Source: Gammaproteobacteria bacterium
GTDB lineage: Bacteria; Pseudomonadota; Gammaproteobacteria; Eutrophobiales; Eutrophobiaceae
Direction: 5' to 3'
Assembly (NCBI GenBank): GCA_965205955.1
Contig: OZ242192.1
Location: forward strand, 1,541,118-1,605,117
DNA length: 64,000 bases
Shown: positions 50,079 through 59,154 of the stretch, piece by piece
How the letters are laid out: each line of letters starts with the position of its first letter
Position numbering within the stretch: position 1 is the stretch's first letter
Position numbers and translations under genes: made by a program
The notes under the pieces: model-generated
Databases searched by the model: none
The model's input: only the letters and a program-made list of their open reading frames with translations
What the model was told of the DNA's origin: nothing

Positions 50079-50813
50079 TTATGACGAGCGCCTGTCGCTC
50101 AGTTGGGCGATGAAATTATTGTATAGTAGTCGCGCCGAATTATTGAAATCGGTCATATATTTTTTTGCTTCCCGATTCAACATGTCCAGTGCCCCCGGTC
50201 CCAGGTTTTGGTTAAGCGCTTGCTCGTATTCCGTCACCTTGCCCCAATCGGAAACGGTGGAGTCGATCAGTTCGATATGGCATTGCAGGCTGAACGCAGA
50301 CCTGCCATATTGTAGCGCCTGTATTGCACAAGCGGGTGATTGGGCGAGAACCAGGCTCTTCGGCGGTGGTTCGGTGACTTCTGCGCCGTGCCATTGCAGA
50401 CTTTTAATACTTTTTTGCAGTCCGGAAAACAGTGCGGAATTTTGTCCCGCTACGGTGAGTTCAATATCCAGAATGCCCACCTCGGGAGCAGACATTTTGC
50501 CAACGCTGCCGCCAAGCGCCTCGGCCATCAATTGATGCCCAAGACAGAATCCCAGGAAAGGCAGTTGTATATCCAGGATTGCCTGCCGAATAACCTGCTT
50601 CTCTTCGACCAGCCAGGGATGCCGGTCTTCCTCCCATACATCCATTGGTCCTCCCATCACGATCAAGGCATGGTAGCCATTGAGTTCCGGAATGGTTTCT
50701 CCTTCATCCAATTCGACTGTATCCCAGCTAATTCCGTCCTGTTTCAGGAAATCGCGAAAAATACCCGGATGTTCAACCGGGATATGCTGCAATACAAGGA
50801 CTTTCATCGCCAC
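50079..50813 (-). CDS. class I glutamine amidotransferase-like protein
   Basis: GATase1 Cys-His triad context (GFCLGHQLM). Confidence 0.8.
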   Translation of the reverse strand: MAMKVLVLQHIPVEHPGIFRDFLKQDGISWDTVELDEGETIPELNGYHALIVMGGPMDVWEEDRHPWLVEEKQVIRQAILDIQLPFLGFCLGHQLMAEALGGSVGKMSAPEVGILDIELTVAGQNSALFSGLQKSIKSLQWHGAEVTEPPPKSLVLAQSPACAIQALQYGRSAFSLQCHIELIDSTVSDWGKVTEYEQALNQNLGPGALDMLNREAKKYMTDFNNSARLLYNNFIAQLSDRRSS

Positions 50814-50943
50814 AGTGGTCGGTTATTGTATTTTAGTGAAAAGCCTGTTGTTTCTCCGCTGAGGGATCCTGGAATGCAAACGGATAATAAAGGTGAAAAT
50901 ACTGCCGGAAAAATATGCTGTATGTTTCTCAAATAATTGCCGG

Positions 50944-51762
50944 TCAGGCCGGGGAAGGGTGCCAGCCGGCATCGGCCCACAATTCGCCGCTCACTGCCGA
51001 ATTTGAGATCATGAAGCAGATTGCATCCGCGATCTCGGCGGGGCGAATCAGTCTTCCGAGCTGAGTGTCAGGCAGAATGTATTTTTCGATATATTCCGTT
51101 CCCAGGTTGCGTACCATGGGTGTATCGGTAAACCCCGGATGGATGACGCCGCAACGGACGCCATGAAAGATGGCTTCCTTGGTCAGCGTGGCGGCAGCGC
51201 CTTCGAGTCCAGCCTTGGTCGATGCGTAAGAAACCTGGCCTTTGTTCCCCTGAGAGGATATCGAACCAATAAAGACGGCTGTAGCCTGCACTCCCTCCTC
51301 GGCAAGCCATTTTTTCAGGCCGCGTTTGGCGCGATCTTCCGCAATACAGGCAATCATCTCCATCGCCCAGTAAATGGGCGCGATCAAATTGATTTCGACC
51401 ACCTCCCTGAAGTCGTTGATCGGATAGATATTGGCCTTTTTTGATTCCTTATCCACCTTTACCGCTAGCGCATCCCGGGTAATTCCGGCGGCGGGGATGC
51501 AGATATTTACCAATCCGTGATTGCTAAAGATATCGGCATACACCTTCTTCCTGAAGGCATCATCGCTGGTATCGCCGCGGTAGGGATAGGCAACAGTGGT
51601 ATTGACTTCATTATTGAGCTGCTCGGTAGCAGCATGGACGGCCTCGTTCACGTCCACCATGGCAATGGCCTTGACGCCTCGCTGCGCAAGTTCGAATGCG
51701 GCGGCCCGGCCAATGCCGCTTGCCGCGCCTGTAATAACAACAATTTTATCTTTAATCTGCAT
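50944..51762 (-). CDS. SDR-family oxidoreductase (start taken at internal MQIKDKIVVITG)
   Basis: Rossmann TGAASGIGRA and the YxxxK region. Confidence 0.8.
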   Translation of the reverse strand: MQIKDKIVVITGAASGIGRAAAFELAQRGVKAIAMVDVNEAVHAATEQLNNEVNTTVAYPYRGDTSDDAFRKKVYADIFSNHGLVNICIPAAGITRDALAVKVDKESKKANIYPINDFREVVEINLIAPIYWAMEMIACIAEDRAKRGLKKWLAEEGVQATAVFIGSISSQGNKGQVSYASTKAGLEGAAATLTKEAIFHGVRCGVIHPGFTDTPMVRNLGTEYIEKYILPDTQLGRLIRPAEIADAICFMISNSAVSGELWADAGWHPSPA

Positions 51763-51907
51763 GTCACGCCCTTGGGGTTGGTAGTCAAGCAATTGTAACG
51801 CAAAATTTGTGCGGTGCAATATATTTTTGCTTGCGCGGGGACTAACATTGACAAATTCCCGGCGGAAAAATACCATGAATCATTTGATTCGGGGAAACAG
51901 GGGATGA

Positions 51908-52756
51908 GTGATGGAACAGCAACTGATTAATCCCAGATCGGCGCCTCCCGGCAGAGGGGCGGGCTGGATATTGGAAGGTTTTAATTATTTTAAGGCAGGC
52001 CCGTTGGGGTGGGTCGCCTACGTCATTGTTTTGTTCATTCTTGGTTTGCTCAGCGCATTGGTTCCAATTGTTGGGTGGTTGCTGTATGAGGTGCTTAACT
52101 TCATACTGCTCGGCGGGTTGATGCTTGGTTGTCGGGCTGTCGATACGACCGGCCGGTTCCAGTTCCGGCATGTGTTCTCCGGTTTTGGAAGCGATAAAGT
52201 CGGACAACTGGCTTTGGTCGGCGTAATTTTTACTATTGCCTTGGTATTGATATTCAGCTTGATGGCGTTGATGATATTCATCCAGTTTGACGCTGGTGAG
52301 GTATTGGCACAGATATGGGATAGCCAATCGGCTGAGCAGCAGGAAGAAAGTATCAATGCTCTGTTTGCCGGTAAAGAAGCGTTGCTAGTGTTGGTCCTGC
52401 TGGTAGGTGTGGCATTGTATTTGCCAATTATCATGGCCACTTGGATGGCCCCCGCGCTAATTGTGCTTGAAAAGGTGAATGCCGTTCCCGCGATGATATT
52501 GAGTTTCAGGGCATGCCTGGTCAATATTATTCCGTTTCTTGTCTATGGCGTGGTAACACTGATATTATTGATAATTGCCGCCTTACCGTCCATAGTTGTT
52601 GGTCTTCTTGGCGTTCTGAGCATAATAGCCGATACTCGCATCATCACAGTATCGGCAATTGCCGCTATACTCCTTTTTTTCTTGTGTGGTTTTATTCTTA
52701 TGCCTATGATACAAGCCAGTCAATACATTACATACAAAGATACCTTATCTTCCTGA
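51908..52756 (+). CDS. polytopic inner-membrane protein, paralog A
   Basis: 6-7 TM helices and about 75% identical to the ORF at 52998. Confidence 0.55.
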   Translation: MMEQQLINPRSAPPGRGAGWILEGFNYFKAGPLGWVAYVIVLFILGLLSALVPIVGWLLYEVLNFILLGGLMLGCRAVDTTGRFQFRHVFSGFGSDKVGQLALVGVIFTIALVLIFSLMALMIFIQFDAGEVLAQIWDSQSAEQQEESINALFAGKEALLVLVLLVGVALYLPIIMATWMAPALIVLEKVNAVPAMILSFRACLVNIIPFLVYGVVTLILLIIAALPSIVVGLLGVLSIIADTRIITVSAIAAILLFFLCGFILMPMIQASQYITYKDTLSS

Positions 52757-52969
52757 TCAGGCTTTTTTCTCCCCCCATAGTTCCTTCAGACGCTTTTCCC
52801 GGCCGCAGGCGTAGTAGTAGTATTTGTAGCGAAGCGGGTTTTTCTGGTAATAGTCCTGGTGGTAGTCTTCCGCGGCATAAAACTGCTCGAAAGGGATAAT
52901 TTCCGTTACGATTGCTTGTTTGCCGGGGGGACTAACATTGACAAATTTCAGAAGAAAAAATAGTATCAA
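52757..52969 (-). pseudogene. msrA 3' fragment (last ~50 codons), copied by the tandem duplication
   Basis: Encodes [53 protein letters not shown], identical to the C-terminus of the full msrA at 53880. Confidence 0.65.
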
Positions 52970-52997
52970 TTGTTTGATTCGGGGAAACAGGGGATGA

Positions 52998-53879
52998 GTG
53001 ATGGAACGGCAGCTGATTAATCCTAGATCGGTGCCTGCCGGCAGAGGGGCGGGCTGGATATTGGAAGGCTTTAATTATTTTAAGGCAGGCCCGTTGGGGT
53101 GGATCGCCTTCGTCATTGTTTTGTTCATTATTAGTTTTTTCAATCCATTGATTAGTTTTTTCAGTTCATTGGTTTCAATTGTTGGGGGGCTGCTGTATGA
53201 GGTGCTTGCCTCCATACTGCTCGGCGGGTTGATGCTTGGTTGTCGGGCTGTCGATACGGCTGGCCGGTTCCAGTTCCGGCATGTGTTCTCCGGCTTTGGA
53301 AGCGATAAAGTCGGACAACTGGCTTTGGTCGGCGTGATTGATATTATTGCCTCGGTATTGATATTCGGCTTGGTGGCGCTGATGATATTCATCCAGTTTG
53401 GCGGTGAGGTATTGGCACTGATATGGGATAGCCAATCGGCTGAGCAGCAGGCAGAGGGTATCGATGCTCTTAGCGGTGCTCCGTTTGCCGGTAAAGGGAG
53501 GTTGCTATTGTTGGACCTGCTGGTAGGTATGGCATTGTTCTTGCCAATTATGATGGCCACTTGGATGGCGCCCGCGCTAATTGTGCTTGAAAAGGTGAAT
53601 GCCGTTCCCGCGATGATATTGAGTTTCAGGGCATGCCTGGTCAATATTATTCCGTTGCTTGTCTGTGGCGTGGTAGCATTGATATTATTGATAATTCCCG
53701 CCTTACCGTTTATTGTTGTTGGTCTTCTTGGCCTTCTGAGCATAATATTCGGTCATCATATGATCATAGTATCGGAAGGTGTCACTGTATTATTTTGTTT
53801 CTTGTGTGTTTTTGTTCTTACGTTTACGCTGATAGCCAGTGCTGCTTACATTGCATACAAAGATACCTTATCTTCCTGA
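52998..53879 (+). CDS. polytopic inner-membrane protein, paralog B
   Basis: Paralog of 51908-52756 with a short insertion near the N-terminus. Confidence 0.55.
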   Translation: MMERQLINPRSVPAGRGAGWILEGFNYFKAGPLGWIAFVIVLFIISFFNPLISFFSSLVSIVGGLLYEVLASILLGGLMLGCRAVDTAGRFQFRHVFSGFGSDKVGQLALVGVIDIIASVLIFGLVALMIFIQFGGEVLALIWDSQSAEQQAEGIDALSGAPFAGKGRLLLLDLLVGMALFLPIMMATWMAPALIVLEKVNAVPAMILSFRACLVNIIPLLVCGVVALILLIIPALPFIVVGLLGLLSIIFGHHMIIVSEGVTVLFCFLCVFVLTFTLIASAAYIAYKDTLSS

Positions 53880-54503
53880 TCAGGCTTTTTTCTCCCCCCA
53901 TAGTTCCTTCAGACGCTTTTCCCGCCCGCAGGCGTAGTAGTAGTATTTGTAGCGAAGCGGGTTTTTCTGGTAATAGTCCTGATGGTAGTCTTCCGCGGCA
54001 TAAAACTGCTCGAAAGGGATAATTTCCGTTACGATTGCTTGTTTGAAGGGTTTGGTTTCATCCAGATCGCGCCGTGATTCTTCAATCAGCCGCTTCTGGT
54101 CTTCATCATGGTAGAAGAGTGCGCTACGGTATTGATTGCCTCTGTCGCAGAATTGTCCATTTTGGTTGGTTGGATCGATGTTCACCCAGTACACAGCCAG
54201 CAGTTCTTCAAATGAGACTTTGTCGGGATTGTAGGCGATCTGTATCACTTCGATATGGCCGGTGAGTCCGGATGAGACTGCGGAGTAGCTGGGATCCTGT
54301 GTGCGCCCGCCGCTGTACCCTGAAGTCGTCGATACCACGCCGTCCAGCTTGTCGAATGGGGGTTCCATGCACCAGAAGCATCCGCCGGCAAAGGTGGCGA
54401 GTTTGACCTTGTTATCTTGCCCGTCTTCGGCGTTGGCGTTGAAAAAAATCGGGTATAGCAGGATTGTTGAAAGTATAATTGAAAATGTGCGGGTATGGTT
54501 CAT
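53880..54503 (-). CDS. msrA: peptide-methionine (S)-S-oxide reductase, secreted form (start at MNHTRTF)
   Basis: Signal peptide then GGCFWCME active site. Confidence 0.8.
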   Translation of the reverse strand: MNHTRTFSIILSTILLYPIFFNANAEDGQDNKVKLATFAGGCFWCMEPPFDKLDGVVSTTSGYSGGRTQDPSYSAVSSGLTGHIEVIQIAYNPDKVSFEELLAVYWVNIDPTNQNGQFCDRGNQYRSALFYHDEDQKRLIEESRRDLDETKPFKQAIVTEIIPFEQFYAAEDYHQDYYQKNPLRYKYYYYACGREKRLKELWGEKKA

Positions 54504-54576
54504 TTTTTCAGTCCGTAGTTGTTGGTAGCATTGTGACAATATCAGGCTAAAATAGTTTACCCTATGATACGGAATC

Positions 54577-55245
54577 GTGCTCGTTTTTTCAGGTGATGGA
54601 AAAGAAATGATATTCAACGCAAGCAGGAAAATCCGCATGCCTGCTCCCGATGAAGCCCCAAAAGGGCGGGAGGAAGCCATGCCCGTGACAAATCGGCATT
54701 TTGTCAATCAAAACAGGCTGAAACCGCCGTTTCCGGACGGGATTGAATTGGCAATTTTCGGAATGGGCTGCTTCTGGGGGGCCGAGAAATGTTTTTGGAG
54801 TATGCCGGGTGTGTATTCTACCGCGGTTGGTTATGCGGGCGGTTATACGGCGAATCCGACTTATGCAGAGGTTTGTGCCGGGCGCACCGGCCATAACGAA
54901 GCAGTGCTGGTTGCGTATGATCCGGGGCTGACTGAGTATACATCATTGCTGAAAACCTTCTGGGAGGGGCATGATCCCACTCAGGGCATGAGACAGGGCA
55001 ATGATGTTGGCACGCAGTATCGCTCCGGTATTTATTGTTTCAATGAGGTTCAAAAGGCCGCAGCGGAAAAAAGCAGGGAGCAGTATGGGCAGGCCCTGTC
55101 GAAAGCGGGGTATGCCGGGATCACTACGGAAGTATTGTCCGCCCCCGAGTTTTATTATGCCGAGGATTATCATCAGCAGTATCTCGCCAAGGATCCGTCC
55201 GGGTATTGCGGACTCGGCGGCACCGGGGTGGCATGCGATAAGTAA
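54577..55245 (+). CDS. msrA: peptide-methionine (S)-S-oxide reductase, cytoplasmic form (start probably at 54637 or later)
   Basis: MGCFWGAE active site and high similarity to E. coli MsrA throughout. Confidence 0.85.
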   Translation: MLVFSGDGKEMIFNASRKIRMPAPDEAPKGREEAMPVTNRHFVNQNRLKPPFPDGIELAIFGMGCFWGAEKCFWSMPGVYSTAVGYAGGYTANPTYAEVCAGRTGHNEAVLVAYDPGLTEYTSLLKTFWEGHDPTQGMRQGNDVGTQYRSGIYCFNEVQKAAAEKSREQYGQALSKAGYAGITTEVLSAPEFYYAEDYHQQYLAKDPSGYCGLGGTGVACDK

Positions 55246-55397
55246 ATATCAGCGTTTTTTATTGCCAGGACCGGCCTTTTTTTCCGGTATCTGTTTTTCC
55301 CCGGGTTTGCCTGACGATGCAGGTATGGCAATTACCGAACCGCTTTGTGTCCGTATGTAATTGATGCCGGGGGCATTCGTTTTGTTTTTTCCGATGT

Positions 55398-55910
55398 TCA
55401 TGGCGCTGGGAACCTCGCTGCAAATTTTGTGATCCATTCTTCCATGATCTTTTCCTGACTTAGAAAAGGTCCATCTTTCCGTCTTTTTTCACCCAGATAG
55501 TGTTCGATATGACATACCTGCTCCACGATCCGGATACGTTGCTCGTCCGGCTTATGCATCAGCCATAAACCGATCCCATACCCGCGCTTTTCTTCCTGTA
55601 TCAGGACAACTTTGCAGGTGAATTTATGCGTGTCTTTTCGCATCGGAATGCTTATTTCCAGTACCGTGCCGGGCCTGAGGTATTTTTCCGAGGGGATAAT
55701 GAGACCGATATTGCAGGATTCTTCTGTTTTGAGGGTTTTTTTGCGCTCCCCAAAGCGCAATATCCTGAGCTGCAGCGGGAATTGTTGCGGATGCTGGATA
55801 AAACCGTGCAGATGTTCGTTCCTGAAATCGCCGGTAATGGCGGGTACCGGAAACTCATCGGGTTTGAATGAGGTCTTATTCTGTATATGATTTAGCATGA
55901 TATATTCCAT
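55398..55910 (-). CDS. PilZ-like c-di-GMP-binding domain protein (tentative)
   Basis: RxxxR-like LRILRFGERKK and a downstream beta-rich segment; weak match. Confidence 0.4.
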   Translation of the reverse strand: MEYIMLNHIQNKTSFKPDEFPVPAITGDFRNEHLHGFIQHPQQFPLQLRILRFGERKKTLKTEESCNIGLIIPSEKYLRPGTVLEISIPMRKDTHKFTCKVVLIQEEKRGYGIGLWLMHKPDEQRIRIVEQVCHIEHYLGEKRRKDGPFLSQEKIMEEWITKFAARFPAP

Positions 55911-56337
55911 TTTTCAATAGGTTGTTGAACTGGTTTTTTGACATGGTGGAATTTACTTTTTATATTTCTGTCCAGAAAAATAAGTAAACACGGCTAATAT
56001 TATGAGTATCACCCCCATAACAAATAAAAAAGCGGTAACGGTACCGTATAAATACCGATAGAGAGCTTCCATCGATCTTCAATGTTTTTGATGTCATCAA
56101 GATATTTTCATCTAATAAAATATTGTGATTTGATTTAAATATAGCACATTCAATTGGTAATTACAAGTATTTTTCTATATTTTATAATTATTTAATATAT
56201 TTATCTAAAATATAAATCAAACTAATTATATCATAAACATAATATAAGTATATAAAAAATATGTATTTTTATCTAAATATGACAGAATTATCATTAAGAA
56301 TGCCGGGGCCGGGTAAATTTGCAGTGGGTAAAACCTG

Positions 56338-56817
56338 TTGGTTTGGAAGGGATTTATGAAGATTTTGACCTGGATAGTCCTGGTGATCCTGATCGCCGCG
56401 TCTATGGTATTGCTTAGGCCGGATCCTGACAGGATTGACGGCGGTTTCGAGACCTCATTGAGCGATGAGGGCAATGAACCTGCCGGAGCCGGCAGCGAAG
56501 CATCAGTTTCGGATTATGAAGAAAGATATGCGGCTATGCAGTCCGAGTTTGACAGGTTGGCAGAGAGCCGGCGCGCATTGAAGAAACGCCTTGACAGGCT
56601 GAAACATGAGCTTTGGGGGATAGCGCTGCCCGCTGATCAGGCAAAATCGATAAATGAATCAATGCTGACCGGGTTCAAGGCGTTGAAAACGCCGAAGATG
56701 CTCGGGGCTTTTTCCAGCGTACGGGAGATACGGGATGAGATCGACCGGGTCGAATCCGTCAACAGGAAGCTGGATCGTGCTCAGGAGCGCATCGGGCAGG
56801 CTGAAAAGCGGAATTAA
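56338..56817 (+). CDS. hypothetical membrane-anchored coiled-coil protein
   Basis: N-terminal TM helix then a charged helical region; preceded by a 250-bp very AT-rich tract. Confidence 0.4.
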   Translation: MVWKGFMKILTWIVLVILIAASMVLLRPDPDRIDGGFETSLSDEGNEPAGAGSEASVSDYEERYAAMQSEFDRLAESRRALKKRLDRLKHELWGIALPADQAKSINESMLTGFKALKTPKMLGAFSSVREIRDEIDRVESVNRKLDRAQERIGQAEKRN

Positions 56818-58103
56818 TGCTCAGAAGGCGCTTGATCCGGCATGACTGCAAGGCTGGAATGATCTATGCTGATGATATTGGCATCTGTTACCCGGTTTGC
56901 GCTAATTTCGCAGTCGGACGCCTGATATTCGGCACGGATGTAATTCGAGGTGTAGCCGGTCCATTTTCCCGCTGTATTTTTGTTTTCCCACAGCACCGAG
57001 GTTGTTTTGCCGATTTGTTTTTCGAGATAGTCTTGCCTCATTTTTTTGCCAAGGGCCTGTAATTGCCGGTGGCGCTGTTTTTTTATCGGCATTGCGATTT
57101 GATCGGGCATGTTTGCGGCTTTAGTGCCGCTGCGCGGTGAATAGCTAAAGATATGGCAATGGGAGAATCCTGTTTGTTCTATAAATTCCATGCTGCGCTT
57201 CCATTCTTCATTGGTTTCGCCGGGAAAGCCGACAATGATGTCGGTGGTGAGATTGAAATCCGCTATGCAGGAGCGCAGCTCGTGTACCAGTAGTTCAAAG
57301 TCATTGGTTTTACAGCGGCGCCCCATTTTTTTCAGTGTCGTGTTACTGCCGCTTTGTAGTGGCAGGTGCATATGGGGCATTAGTTTTTTGTTTTCGAAGA
57401 GCGCAATGAACGGCTCCGACAGTTCCCACGGTTCGAGTGAGGCAAGTCTGATGCGGGGGATGTCGGTATCTGCAAGTATCGCGGCGGTCAGTTCGGTCAG
57501 GCTGGAATCGATGTCGCCGCCGTAACCGCCTATGTGAACGCCGGTCAATACTATTTCATGGATGCCTTGCCGGTGAATTGTATTGATTTCATCAATGATG
57601 GCGGCTATTGGGCGGCTGCGTTCTTCCCCGCGCGCCAGGGTAACGGTGCAGAAGGTGCAGCGGTGGCGGCAGCCATCCTGTATCTTGATGAAGGCGCGAT
57701 TGCGGCCTCGCATAAACAGCGGTGTTTGCTGTGGCGACGCGGGATTGAAAGGCGTTTTTTCCACTGTCAATTTATCCAGGACGATATCCGCCAACTGATC
57801 TTTTTTATGGTTGGAGATAATCAGGTCAATGCCGTTAATATCGGTGTCGAGATTGTGGTTGAGGGTGGCATAACAGCCGCTGACAACCAGCTTGGCTTGG
57901 GGATTTTTGCGTTGGACCCGCCGAATTAATTGGCGTGATTTTTTGACCGCTTCCTGAGTGACGGCGCAGGTATTGACCACCAGCAGATCGGCGCGATCCG
58001 GATCATTGGTGATGGTATGTCCTTTTTGTTGGAAATCCCGGCCCCAGTTTTCAAGCTCCGCTTCATTGAGCCGGCAGCCCAGTGTATTCAGGTTGATTCG
58101 CAT
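56814..58103 (-). CDS. mtaB: tRNA t6A37 methylthiotransferase (MiaB/RimO family, MtaB-like)
   Basis: MTTase N-domain (MRINLNTLGCRLNEAE), radical-SAM CxxxCxxC (CRHRCTFC) and TRAM-like C-terminus. Confidence 0.8.
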   Translation of the reverse strand: MRINLNTLGCRLNEAELENWGRDFQQKGHTITNDPDRADLLVVNTCAVTQEAVKKSRQLIRRVQRKNPQAKLVVSGCYATLNHNLDTDINGIDLIISNHKKDQLADIVLDKLTVEKTPFNPASPQQTPLFMRGRNRAFIKIQDGCRHRCTFCTVTLARGEERSRPIAAIIDEINTIHRQGIHEIVLTGVHIGGYGGDIDSSLTELTAAILADTDIPRIRLASLEPWELSEPFIALFENKKLMPHMHLPLQSGSNTTLKKMGRRCKTNDFELLVHELRSCIADFNLTTDIIVGFPGETNEEWKRSMEFIEQTGFSHCHIFSYSPRSGTKAANMPDQIAMPIKKQRHRQLQALGKKMRQDYLEKQIGKTTSVLWENKNTAGKWTGYTSNYIRAEYQASDCEISANRVTDANIISIDHSSLAVMPDQAPSEH

Positions 58104-58185
58104 AGGCGGATAGTATAACAAATCGGACTGTGCGGTTTGGCTATGTGCCACCGACACGATCCGTGGATAGTGACTGCATGCCGTG

Positions 58186-59130
58186 CTAGTGATCGGATAG
58201 TAGTTGCGTCAAGTGTGCGTCAATGCATTCCGGTAATCGCTGGAGATTATAACCGCCTTCGAGCAGTGAAATGATTTTTCCCTGGCAGTATTTTTCGGCT
58301 TTCTCCATCAGCCATTCCGTCATGCAGCTGTAAAATTGCGTTGAAAGACGGATGTCGGCCAGTGGGTCGTCGGCATGCGCATCGAATCCGGCGGAAATGA
58401 GTATGATCTCCGGGCGAAATTCATCGATTTTCGGCAGGATTTTTTCGTTAAAGGCTGCTGTATAGTGGGTGTCGGATGCCCCGGCAGACATCGGACAATT
58501 CAATGTGGATCCTGCGCCTCGTCCTGTTCCGGTATCGTCGTACCTGCCGGTTCCGGGATAAAATGGAAACTGGTGGGTGCTTATATACAGGACGGAGGGG
58601 TCTTGTTCGAACAGGTGCTGTGTCCCGTTGCCGTGATGCACGTCCCAATCAAGGATGAGTATTTTATCCAGGCCGTGCGTTTTCTGAAGATAGCGGGCCA
58701 GGACGGCGATATTATTGAATACGCAGAATCCGAGCGCCATTCCCTTTTCGGCGTGATGCCCCGGGGGGCGCAGCAACCCGAAACCGTTATCGATATTATT
58801 TGCCACCACCGCATCGGCCAACTGCAATCCGCTACCCGCCGCCTTGAGTGCAATGTCGAAAGAGTTTCTGGATATCGTTACGTCTGGTGAATCCAGAAAA
58901 AGGCCGCCTGATAGACAGGTTTGCCTGGCACGCTCGATATATTCGCTGCTATGCACCTGTTCGATGTGGTCAATGTCGGCGTAGCGGGATTCGATATTGC
59001 TTAGTTCGGAAAGGCGGTTTTGTCCGGATAAATAATCAATCGTCGATTGAAGCCGCTCCTTGCATTCAGGGTGTCCCGCTCCCGTGTCATGGTCGAGAAA
59101 AACGGGATCATAGGAAAAGCCGGTGCGCAT
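58186..59130 (-). CDS. histone deacetylase-family amidohydrolase (AcuC/HDAC-like)
   Basis: HDAC core motifs (DWDVHHGNGTQ, GGGY). Confidence 0.8.
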   Translation of the reverse strand: MRTGFSYDPVFLDHDTGAGHPECKERLQSTIDYLSGQNRLSELSNIESRYADIDHIEQVHSSEYIERARQTCLSGGLFLDSPDVTISRNSFDIALKAAGSGLQLADAVVANNIDNGFGLLRPPGHHAEKGMALGFCVFNNIAVLARYLQKTHGLDKILILDWDVHHGNGTQHLFEQDPSVLYISTHQFPFYPGTGRYDDTGTGRGAGSTLNCPMSAGASDTHYTAAFNEKILPKIDEFRPEIILISAGFDAHADDPLADIRLSTQFYSCMTEWLMEKAEKYCQGKIISLLEGGYNLQRLPECIDAHLTQLLSDH

Positions 59131-59154
59131 GGTGGTGTCCTCCTAAATTTATTT

